Shown here: in pieces, positions 53,376-64,000 of the stretch
Layout of the letters: every line of letters starts with the position of its first letter
Numbering within the stretch: the first letter of the stretch is position 1
NCBI GenBank assembly: GCA_013265495.1
Contig: MU057503.1
Location: forward strand, 310,001-374,000
Origin: Vicugna vicugna
Taxonomy: Eukaryota
Reading direction: 5' to 3'
Length of the DNA stretch: 64,000 nt
The notes under the pieces: generated by a model
Database searches by the model: none
The model's input: the letters and a program-made list of their open reading frames with translations, nothing else
Told to the model about the DNA's origin: nothing
Program-made: the position numbers and the translations under genes

Positions 53376-53564
53376 GTAAGCTTACTTACATTTTGGATAT
53401 AATATTTTTTCAACCCTTATTGATGAACTTTTGATATAATTTTTTAAATGCGAAAGAATAGAAAATGTGATGGTTTAATTTTTCTTTTCTCAAATTGATG
53501 TGTGATGCCTAGCTTAAGTATACAAGTTAAATATTTAACTTTTGTTTAATGTGTGTACCTTCAG

Positions 53565-53675
53565 GTGTGCCAGCATCCAAACTCTCGAATGAGAGAATGG
53601 GGAGCAGAAGCTTTAACCTCACTTATTAAAGCAGGATTAACATTTAACCATGATCCTCCACTTTCACAAAATCAG
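53565..53675 (+). CDS. MON2: MON2 exon 21 (111 nt): [18 protein letters not shown]...PLSQNQ
   Basis: cttcag|GTGTGC...AATCAG|gtaaaa. Confidence 0.95.
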
Positions 53676-54821
53676 GTAAAAAAAGTACTTAATGTAAAAT
53701 CATCCTCTCCCATATGTAACTTTTTCTTAATTTCTCAAATAGATGATATTCTAAAAATGGGTTTTGTTGTTTAATATTCTATTTTATTTGTAGGCCATGG
53801 ATCTCTTACAAAACATTGATATGCCTGGATTTTTAGGATTAGCCAAATTAAAATTTTTTTTTAAATTTCTTGTTAATGACACTGAACTAAGTTAATAAAT
53901 TATGTAGAATAGAGTCTCCCAGTCTAGAAGCTTCCCTCTTCATGCAGCGCTGTCCTTTCTTAGCCGTGCTTTATTAGCCTCTTTTGCTTTGGTCCTCACC
54001 TCTCTCTCTCTTTTTTTTTTTTTTTCACTCCTTACCCTTACATGGGGAGAAATAAGTGGCATTAAGAGGCAGCCAAAGTAAAGTAGATTTTTATTTTTAA
54101 ATAATTTTAAAGGTTATTTTATACATTCACAGTTTACTTTTGTCATGAGTCCTTTGTCCTGACTCCAGTAGTCATTTACATGTGTCTTATACAGTTTTTT
54201 AAAAGTCCACCAGTTTTATTGCCTGAAGATTGAGTTGGAATGAGGCATTTAATAGCCATTCCCCATTGCCCTCATTATCTTACTATATTACATGGAGTCG
54301 TATGCTACAAATTTCCTCAACAGATAATTACTGAGTACATAATATGTGCCAGGCAGTATTTTAGCTCTTCGAATAGAATGGTGAACAAGACAGACAAGAG
54401 CTCCATTCTAATAAAGCTTATGTTTTAGTGATTTGATATATTTTTCCTACTACAGTTTCAAGTTTTTTGTAAAGAAAGTCCTTGTCCATGTGTATATCCT
54501 CAACATCCAGCTTAATACCTGGCACATAGTGAGAGCTTCATAAATGTTTGTTCAATCAATGAGCCAAATAAATGAATCCTTGGAGAGAAGAAAGTTAAAA
54601 ATGAAGCAAGTGCTTTCAGATGCTGAAAGGAATAGAGCGTAGTACTTTTTTTTTTTTTACTTTCCAAGATTTCATGGTTTTACGTCATCTTTGTTTGCCA
54701 TACTTACTCATTTTTATAAGTATTGAGAATTTTAAATTTAAATACATGTGATATACATTAATTGGGTTAATAAAAGATAATTTTAGAAATTGAGAATTAT
54801 TTTCTACTCTCCAAATAGAAC

Positions 54822-54879
54822 TAGATAGATAGATGGATAGATAGATAGATAGACAGATAGATAGATAGATAGATAGATA
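54822..54879 (+). repeat. (TAGA)n tetranucleotide microsatellite, about 14 units with two variant units
   Basis: tagatagatagatggatagatagatagatagacagatagata... Confidence 0.95.
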
Positions 54880-55191
54880 ATCCTTTAGTGAGATTCATTT
54901 CTGTATGGGCCTGTAATTAATACCTTTTAACATAAAGTTGTTTTCCCCATTTATCCTGAAATCTAACCTTTTGAAGATTGATTTTTATTTTCTTTTACTT
55001 TAAAAAAAGACATACATGACAAAATAATCCTGATTACTGTTAGAGAAATCATACTTAATGTTTATTTTACTGAAAAAATTTCTCTTTACCCTTGCAGTCT
55101 GAGTGGAGGTGAATTTACTTGAAAGACAACAGTAGAACTTTCCCATGTTTTTCAACTTCTCTTTCTAATTAGCTTCTTGCCCCCTTTTCAG

Positions 55192-55367
55192 AGGCTGCAG
55201 TTGCTTTTACTGAACCCATTAAAGGAGATGTCCAGTATTAACCACCCAGATATTCGACTCAAGCAATTAGAATGTGTGTTGCAGATTCTGCAGAGTCAGG
55301 GAGACAGTCTTGGGCCTGGGTGGCCATTAGTGCTTGGAGTTATGGGAGCAATCAGAAATGATCAAGG
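55192..55367 (+). CDS. MON2: MON2 exon 22 (176 nt): [14 protein letters not shown]...GAIRNDQ
   Basis: ttttcag|AGGCTG...CAAGG|gtaagt. Confidence 0.95.
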
Positions 55368-55759
55368 GTAAGTGTTTAAAATTAACATCCAAAAAGTGAT
55401 AGAAAAAGGGAATCCCACTAAAATCTTGACGTGATGGTAATTTTTTATGTATGCCCTTCCTGCTGAAGTTTAACGTCTAGAATAGTTTTTCTTAACCCTA
55501 CCCCCAAGTGGCTATAGGGAATCATTATGGCTCATCTTTGTTTGAAAAGGTAGAAAAAAGGCTGTTTATTTGACATTTATACATGAATGCAAAGTTCTTA
55601 CTTACAGTAAGAAAAATGCACCAATCTAACAAACTTTGTAACACACCCAAGTGCTGCACTTTCTTTTGGTAAATTCTTGACAAGATGTGAATGAGCGTTT
55701 AGGGCTTGACTTCTCTGCATGTGTTAGGAAGTCTAAGAAGTTGCTTTTAAATGACTTTT

Positions 55760-56400
55760 TCATTCATTTATGAAACATTGATTCTGTGCCTAGTGTATGT
55801 CAAATACTATGCTCTACCTAGTTATTCTGGTTTCATGGGTAAATAGTTCCTGTTTTAAAGGTAGAAACTTACGGAAAAGGAACAAAGCCTAGCAGCAGGA
55901 GCCTAGTAAGAGTACTTCGTTATGCCACAGAGGAATAGCACTTCAGTAGGAGGGGCGCATGCCCTGAGTGGGGCAGAGCCAAAGCTATGGGGAACCTTAC
56001 ATGCTGTTATAAGTTATGTGGATTTACCCTCAGTACATTGGGGAGGCATTTTAGGATTTTAAGCAGAAGAGTGATGTGATGTGATACGCATTTGATGTAT
56101 GTTACTGTGTCAGCAGCATGCGGGGTGCGTGGGAAAGCCTGCAGGGCTCTCTGGAAGTAGGGAAGAGGAGATGGATTTGAGCTACTTAACAGGTTGACTA
56201 GAGGAGAAAAGGGAGAAATAGGAAGCAGAATCAGGGGTGACTCCCAGATTTCTGACTTAGGCAGCTTAGTGGATGGTGATATCCTTAACTAAATAGGGAA
56301 CACAGAAGGAAGAGCACGTAAGGAGGAAATGTATGGACTTGTTTCATTTCAAATAAGACACTGCAGTGCAGAGATTTAGCAAACATTTGTATATATTTGC
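55760..56400 (-). mobile_element. L2 fragment(s), antisense
   Basis: cattcattt...gtatgtcaaatactatgct; ttttaagcagaagagtgatgtgat; gactcccagatttctgactt. Confidence 0.6.
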
Positions 56401-57268
56401 AATTCTGCAGCAGGACTCATAATACCTCGTATGGATGACTAGGAGTTTTACATGATGGAGAGGCTTGGGACTATTATGGAAAGTTGGTTTTGCTTCTTCA
56501 TTTGTAGTAGCAAATTTCCTTAAATATTACAAAATACTGACATGATTAAGTGGAAAGAGATTAGCCATAGCTTAGGTCAAGCTGAAATTTCTCCTCTCAA
56601 CCTACAATGCAGTTATAAAATAGTGCGTTGTAAGGATGAAATTAATTAATACACGTAAAACACTTCGAAAGCACATAAGACAGTACATGCTCAATGTGTT
56701 AGCTGTTATTTTCACCACCAGAATTGCTCTCCAAAAACACATATTTCTTATTCTCTTCATTTGAAATTCAGAATTACTCTTTACTTTTACAGACTAGATG
56801 TAGAATTTTAAATAGTATATAGTATAGATATAAATATAAGGAACTCATTTTCATTCAGTGAGTAAATTGTGTGTATTCTCTTGGGCTGGGCACTATGCTA
56901 GATGTTAAGGACACGTGGTGAGAAAGTAGCTGTAGCCAATATCCCTTTCTCACTCAGTGTCTTAGTTTTGTTTGGCTAGTTGATGCAAAAGAGAAATAAT
57001 ATGGCATCAATACATATTTTCTTTTTTTTAGTTTACTATTTTTATTTCTTATTCCTATAAGCTTCTTTCTTTATTTTTGTTACTTATTTTTAAATAAGCA
57101 TATCTTTTTTACATTTATGTAAATGTTGAAGTATTTTATGATGCGTATTAGGGAAGATTTCCTTGTTCCAATTTTAAAATTTTGATTTGTTCAAATTATT
57201 GTAAGGTATGTATTTTTCCTTACATTTCTGTTAAATGCATCAGTTTTCCTTTTCTTTTATGGTTTCAG

Positions 57269-57431
57269 AGAGTCCTTGATACGAACTGCGTTCCAGTGTC
57301 TTCAGTTGGTTGTGACTGATTTTTTGCCAACAATGCCGTGCACTTGCCTGCAGATAGTTGTCGATGTTGCAGGTAGCTTTGGACTTCATAACCAAGAACT
57401 TAATATTAGTTTAACTTCAATAGGTTTATTG
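57269..57431 (+). CDS. MON2: MON2 exon 23 (163 nt): [20 protein letters not shown]...SIGLL
   Basis: tttcag|AGAGTCC...TTATTG|gtaagt. Confidence 0.95.
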
Positions 57432-57758
57432 GTAAGTATCATTGCCTTTCTTATACAATCTGGAAATCACTGTTTGCAGTCGAGAGTGGATGCTAAGCGA
57501 GGATGCTTTTGGCGCTATAGGAGCATTTAAATAACTTATGTACCAAACTTATATCTTGTATGAAGGGTTCAGTGGTATCATTTAAGAAATAATTCTTTAA
57601 GATTGGACTATTTAGATTAATTTTGATATATTTCTATTGGAAAAGAGATTTCTGAAGTAATAGTGTTTAAGTTTTATTCTGAAAAAAATAAATTTCATAT
57701 TTCTGGGTTTAAAATAGAATCTGTGAATAAAGTGATCTTTTTCTCCTTCGCTTTTTAG

Positions 57759-58052
57759 TGGAATATTTCAGATTATTTTTTCCAAAGAGGAGAAACTATT
57801 GAAAAAGAATTAGATAAAGAAGAGGCAGCACAGCAAAAGCAGGCGGAAGAGAAAGGAGTGGTTTTAAATCGGCCATTCCATCCTGCGCCACCATTTGATT
57901 GCTTGTGGTTATGTCTTTACGCGAAATTGGGTGAACTGTGTGTGGACCCCCGGCCTGCTGTCAGGAAGAGTGCAGGGCAAACTCTGTTCTCAACAATCGG
58001 TGCACATGGGACTTTATTACAACATTCAACGTGGCACACTGTTATTTGGAAG
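57759..58052 (+). CDS. MON2: MON2 exon 24 (294 nt): [16 protein letters not shown]...WHTVIWK
   Basis: ttttag|TGGAAT...TGGAAG|gtattg. Confidence 0.96.
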
Positions 58053-59016
58053 GTATTGTAGAATAGCTTGAGTTATCAGCTCTTAATTAAGACACGCTTA
58101 TATACTTTTTCAATTAAACTTGTTTCTATTAATTTTTAAAGAATTTCTGTGTATTTGTGCATTTGGCAAAACAGAAAATGTAAGCTTTCTCAAATTTTTA
58201 ATTGCACCTCACACAGAACAAATTAAATATTAAAAGCCTCAGCTTTTTATCTCTGTCTTTGATTTCTGCCTTTGCTCTTCCCTTCCCCCCTCATTTTCCC
58301 CAGCAGTTAAAATCAGTAATTGCTAAGCCACTGCATGTAATTCAAATATAATATAATCAAATGAAAATTTTATAAATAGAAGAATGTCAACAATAGTAAA
58401 ATTTACTTGCAGACTCATCAAAAGAAAGACTCCAATTTGTAAATTCTACGTGTTTGTTCATTAAGTATGCAGTTTCACTTCTTAATTTTCCATTTTTATT
58501 TTCTTTTTAAAACTTTCTTACAAAGCCATCAGCTTAATAGCGAGCATCCCCTCTTTCCTAAAAGACTCCCTCACATTTTGTTTAATCTGTCCCACTTTAA
58601 TAAAACTTCTATTTATAATCCTTTTACTGCTTTTGTGAATTTTTGATATCAGTAAGTTTGACAATAGGCAGCATGATAAACTTAATTGTATTTAAGAATA
58701 TGCTTATTTTAATAAAAAGACCCCAAAGTGTCTTCTTAAAAACTAACAATGCATGTTCCCTAATACAGATAATTAGAAGCCCTGTTCCCTCCTGTGTCAT
58801 CTGTTTCAACTCCATTCCCTGGCTTCTCCTCAGATCACAAATATACTTGAGTCCCTTACAGTTTTGAAAAACAAACTGACATTTTCTCTGATTCCTGTTT
58901 TCCTTTCAAGCAGCTTCATTGTTAATACCTTGCTTCCTAAATCTGAATTATTTTTTCTTTCTCACCTCTTCTGCATTCCCTTGCCCCTTGTAATTTGATA
59001 CCCAGATCATTCTGCT

Positions 59017-59222
59017 TCAGTCTCTTAAACATTAGTGTATGGCAGAACCACCTAGAGGACTTGTTAAAGGACACATTGCTGAATGAGCCATGGTCTCTAA
59101 CCCCCTCAGAGTTCTTGATTTCTGCCCCCGCCCCCCGGCGTGGGAAATGAGAATTTGCGTCTCTGTTAAGCTCCTGGGTCATGCTGATGCTGCTGGTTCT
59201 GAGACCATAATTTTAGAACCAT
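59017..59222. mobile_element. MER5A-like hAT MITE
   Basis: agaaccacctagaggacttgttaaa...gagaatttgcgtctct..aagctcctgggtcatgctgatgctgctggt. Confidence 0.7.
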
Positions 59223-59854
59223 AGAAATTGTTCACAGGCTCTTCAGGTGGTCTTTTAATTGCCAGGTCTTTTGCCCTATGCTCAATCCTTATCCTACACA
59301 TTGTTTTATAGCATTTAATATTGCTGATTGTTTTCTCCTTGAAACTTCTCTTGCTTTGGCTCCTTTTCCACAGCAGGCGTCTACTTCTCTATTCAACTTT
59401 TATTTTATTTTCTTGGCTTCTGTTCCTTTCCCTGAATCTATGTTTTAAATGTGAACATTCCCCAAGTCCCAGCCACTTCCTGCTTGATATTTTTCAAGCA
59501 CCATCATCCAGTTTCGAAGCGTCAGTTGTAACCTCCATCCAGATGTTGCTCATAATTATTTTTTTGCCTGGATCCTTTTCTTTAGCTTCATTCCCTTCTT
59601 ATACATTACCCCATAGATGCTCCATAGGCACCTCAACTCAGTAAGTCTTAGACAATATTCTATCCAATTTATTCTAATTTTTCATGTTCTGACCTTAAGG
59701 ATAAACTTAAGAATATAAGGTTACTGGTTTCCTCTAATATATGGGGATTGATCAGACTGTCAGGGATAATTCTTTGTAACAATTTATAATCTCCTGTGCT
59801 GTTACTTAAACTATGTTATAAATACTTTTTATATGCATTTTTATAAATATTCAG

Positions 59855-60053
59855 GTTCTCTTTCATCTACTGGACCGAGTTCGAGAGTCTTCTACCACTG
59901 CAGACAAAGAAAAGATTGAGTCCGGAGGTGGCAATATTCTCATTCATCATTCAAGAGACACAGCAGAGAAGCAATGGGCTGAGACATGGGTTTTAACATT
60001 GGCCGGAGTGGCGAGAATCTTCAACACGAGAAGATATTTACTACAGCCTTTAG
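59855..60053 (+). CDS. MON2: MON2 exon 25 (199 nt): [13 protein letters not shown]...RRYLLQPL
   Basis: attcag|GTTCTC...TTAG|gtagat. Confidence 0.95.
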
Positions 60054-60239
60054 GTAGATACACATTTTTTTCCTGAGTGTATAAGTAAATTATGTTAAAG
60101 GAAGTTTAGAAACAACAGAAGATTCTTCTAAAATTCATATACAGTGCTACTTCCCAAGAGTAATCCATCATAACTGCCAGTCTTTGTGTTGTGTGTGGTG
60201 TGTGTATGAGCATTCAGGTTTCCATTCGTTTCATTATAA

Positions 60240-60880
60240 AAATATGTAATGTGTATCCTACTGCCTGCCTTTCTAAGGGATATGGTGATGTGCCAGATGC
60301 CTCCATCTTTGCTATATCATGGGTATGAGGGAGGAATTACGGTTACATAAATACATACAAAATTCCTACAATGGTAAATGCTGCAAAGGAGCTTATAGTA
60401 GGTATTGACTAGGCCAGTGAGGTATATATAGGCTTCCCTGAGAAAGCAGTGTTTTACCTGCATAGTAGTTCATCAGGCAAGGGTAAGATGAATTGGAAAG
60501 AGCCTTAAGGGCAGAGAGAACATGTAAAAGAGATGGGAGAAGATTGAGGAGGTGGAGATGGTGAGGACTCTGGCATGTTTGAAAGTCTGGAATGAAGAGA
60601 ACAAGGAAAAGTGTGATTCTAGATGAGGTTGTAGAGGTAGAGAGAGGCCAGACCATGCAACACTTGGTAGGTTAGGTTCAAAAGTTGACCTCATAATAAG
60701 AGCAGTGAAAACCACTGAAAGATTTTAATCTATGATGTGTTATGATGTGATGTGATGTGATGTGATTAGACATGCGGTTGAGAAAGATCACTTTGTATGG
60801 TATATATGGAATGGAATGGAATGGCCACAGAGAAGAATGGTAGGATATACTATTAGGCTGGTGAGAAAGCTGTTGGGGGT
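60240..60880 (-). mobile_element. L2 fragment with embedded (GATGT)n and (GGAAT)n short repeats
   Basis: ggcttccctgagaaag; aggccagaccatgc; ccactgaaagattttaa; gaaagatcact. Confidence 0.6.
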
Positions 60881-60890
60881 GTAGGTAGAT

Positions 60891-61125
60891 CAGTGCTTCT
60901 CAACCGGGGCCAATTTTGCCCAACCTCCTCTCTCCCCCACCGCAGGATATTTGGCAGTCTGGAGATGTTTTTTGGTGTCACAACTGGGGAGGGACATGCA
61001 CTACTGGCTTCTCGGGGAGTAGAGGCCAGGGATGCTGCTACACATCTTAAAATGCATAGGATAGCCCCTACAAGAAAGAATTATCCAACCCTAAATGTCA
61101 GTAGTACTGAGATTGAGAAACTCTG
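60891..61125 (+). mobile_element. MER20 hAT MITE
   Basis: CAGTGCTTCTCAACCGGGGC...GGCCAGGGATGCTGCTA...GATTGAGAAACTCTG; 8-nt flanks aggtagat/gtgtagat consistent with a hAT TSD. Confidence 0.88.
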
Positions 61126-61529
61126 GTGTAGATTTATAATACTTTCAGTTCTGATGGTGGTGATGTGGGTGGTTGAGAAGAGTGAACAGAAATACTTTCG
61201 TGTGTAATTGTGAGCAAGCTGTCCATATCTTTGTTTTAATTTATTATATTATGTTCGTCTTTCTCCCCCTTTTTAAGTTAAAGCCTAAGCATATTTACTC
61301 TTTTCAGGCATTTTTGTGTGGTATTATTCATCACGTTCACTTTAGGGCCCTTCTCTCTATTATTAATGATTTTAATTCACATTGTTAGTACCTAAGCATT
61401 TTTTGTTTTTGTTTTTTTTTAGTTCTGTAGGAACTTAAGCAGAAAAATAAAGCAAATAAACTTTAAAGTATCTAAAAAAATTTGATCACTTTTACGGTGA
61501 TAATTTTTTTTTTTCTCTTCCTAATATAG

Positions 61530-62158
61530 GAGATTTTCCAAGAGCGTGGGATGTTCTTCTTGACCATATACAATCAGCAGCACTCAGCAAAAACAATGAA
61601 GTCTCTCTGGCTGCACTGAAAAGCTTCCAGGAAATTTTACAGATTGTGTCCCCCGTCAGAGACTCAGATAAGCCTGAGACGCCACCTGCAGTTAATGTAC
61701 CTGTGCCTGTCCTTATAGGGTCCATATCAGGCCCTGGCCTGAACAGGCCGTTTATAAGAACAGATTCCATCGGAGAAAGACTTAGAAGATACAGTGGTTC
61801 TGAGCCACCCATAGTTACGGATGAGCTTGAAGATTTGAATCTCTGGTGGGCTGCGTGGAATACCTGGTATAGGATTGGATCTGAAAGCACTAAGCCTCCT
61901 ATTACTTTTGATAAACTAACATTCATTCCTAGCCAGCCTTTTCTTACAGCTTTAATTCAGATATTTCCAGCTCTCTACCAACACATAAAAACTGGTTTCA
62001 ACATGGATGACTTGCAGAAGTTGGGAGTCATATTGCACAGTGCGGTTTCCGTCCCTATAAGTTCAGATGCATCCCCTTTCATTCTTCCATCTTATACTGA
62101 AGCAGTTTTGACAAGTTTACAGGAAGCTGTACTTACAGCTTTAGATGTTCTCCAAAAG
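61530..62158 (+). CDS. MON2: MON2 exon 26 (629 nt): [14 protein letters not shown]...TALDVLQK
   Basis: aatatag|GAGAT...CAAAAG|gtaaca; overlaps the longest ORF 61646..62173. Confidence 0.96.
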
Positions 62159-64000
62159 GTAACACAAATTTAGTGGCTATCTAAGCTATAATGCATATGG
62201 TTCTCTGGAATTTTTTTTACTTTGCTGTACATTTTGGGGAGTCAATTCTGGACCATCAAGGTTGGTATATATGTATACTTTGGGATAAATTCAGGGTCAT
62301 AAAGATCCAGTTATCTTTAATACTTGTGTTTTTCTAATATATTTAAAAAGATAACCCAGGTTTGTCTTGAGAGTCTAAGAAACTGCCTGCATTCTCTTGT
62401 TTCTATTCACCAGCATTTTTGGTTTGTTCATGCAACACTTCACAAGAGGATATGCTTTTTGGAATGGCAACTTTAGTAAAGTACTTCTATAATTAGAAAG
62501 TTACTAAGCAGTAGGATTATATTTTGGATTTTTTTCATCTGTACTTAAATTAGCTCTTCAATTGTTGGAAGCCTATATTTTTTAAAAAAGAAGGTAAGAG
62601 TAAGTTTATAAAGTATTTTTCTCACAGACATTTTTTAAAAATATTTTTTTACCTATGTGTGTTTTGTTCCTGCAAAAAAAAAATTATTAAACAGACCGAA
62701 AAATTATTAAGCAGAGTCTAAGCAAGCAAGACCAGATCAAAAAGAATTCTTTAAACTATCAAGGTAATTGCTAGCACAATTCACAACAACCAAAATGCTA
62801 AACAAACAGATAAAAATAGCCAGCAATCCTAACAAAGTAGCTATGACATTCCAACAAAATTAGAATGAAACTTGATTCTGATTACACACGTTTTCAGTAG
62901 TCATTTGTGTACTGCAGATTCTGTTTTCTGTTTAAGTGATTGCATTATGTCCAACTGGAATGATGAGAACTTTCATAGTAAGAATGGTGGTTTCTGCTAT
63001 AGCATAATACCTCTTAACTGACTGAAGGAAGTCTAGCTGAGCAGTAATTCCTTGGTCTCTTTAACTCTAGTTACACCTGCAGAGGAACAAATTGTGTAGA
63101 AACTTGTAAGTACAAGAGAATCTGGCACTTAAGAAATTTATTGTAGGGATATCAGTTTTCCACAATTGAAATCAAAGGACATACTTCTATTTTCAGTAGC
63201 GGGGTTGGGGGGAAGGTAGCCTGTCAGTAATTACTTTTTTCTCCTTGATTGACTGTGAATATAAATTGCTTATAGACTGCTGTCGAGGGAGTGGAAAAGT
63301 TATTCTATCAGAAAAAGAAAGCATAAGCCTTGTGGGCTGCCCATAATCGAGAACTCTCACTCAGGTGTTTAATTCAAGTCTTTGTATATGTGTAGAGCAT
63401 TATAAACAAACGAAAAACACAGATCCCAAAAATTCATTTAAAGGAATGAAAGTATATAATTTTATTTTTTAAACAAACTTCTGCTTTAGCAGTAAGAGAA
63501 CAAATAGAGTCATTCACTCCAACTACTAGGAGTTTATTCTGAGCTTTTAATGAAAGCAACGTGTATCTTTAATTGGAACCTTAGAAAGCTTTATTGTTGT
63601 TCATTTATACCAGTTGATATCATTTTGCATTACTAATTTTCACTCTAACCATTGTGTATTACTTATATGATTATCTAAATGGTATTTCATAACACTTAAA
63701 TGTGGTTCAGTCATTTGAGGTCTTTAATATTTCCTAAGAGAAAAATTAGCATATTTCATTATTAATAAGAGTGTTTTTGTATTTCCCCCCACAGTGTCAG
63801 AAAATTTTTTCACCAGCAAAATTTACTTGCTTTGGGACTATTTTTATACTAATAAGCTATTCTGCAAAACATCTTATTGATTAAAAGCTATTTTCTTTCC
63901 TAAAGGAAAAACTCATTTCTGATTTCGTGTTTACCCTTACATTGTTTACGGCTTAAGGGTCATAATCTTCTCCTCTTGGTTTTCATGTCACTAGTTCTCA

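Larger units (their letters stand above)
1..64000 (+). other. MON2: MON2 gene body, partial (intron 1 to intron 26)
   Basis: 25 phase-compatible exons splice into one frame from AAESGIIKVK... to ...TALDVLQK, matching mammalian MON2 as recalled; no start exon, CpG island or final exon is visible. Confidence 0.97.

Noticed and set aside
61492..61926. 144-aa antisense ORF
   Set aside because: Lies opposite the long MON2 exon 26; a typical shadow ORF with no independent support.

Overview
AT-rich mammalian genomic DNA lying wholly inside one + strand gene, MON2 (endosome-to-Golgi trafficking regulator, Sec7/ARF-GEF-like HEAT scaffold). I traced 25 consecutive coding exons (human-numbered 2-26; 9550-62158). 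All have AG/GT boundaries and compatible phases, and they join into 3930 nt (1310 codons) matching the MON2 sequence as I recall it. Exon 1 and the 3' exons lie outside the window. Introns contain L1, L2, MIR, MaLR LTR, hAT and Tigger relics plus three tRNA-Ala-derived SINEs resembling camelid Vic-1, suggesting a camel/alpaca/llama genome. I found no wholly new biological system. The best leads are (1) a 3-nt AAG (Lys) microexon with SRRM4-type UGC motifs between exons 20 and 21, (2) a candidate 77-nt poison/alternative-start exon in intron 2 with an overlapping stop-start (ATGA) and a hairpin over its donor, and (3) a sharply GC3-shifted exon 15. Repeat family names and boundaries are from pattern recall, not a database search.
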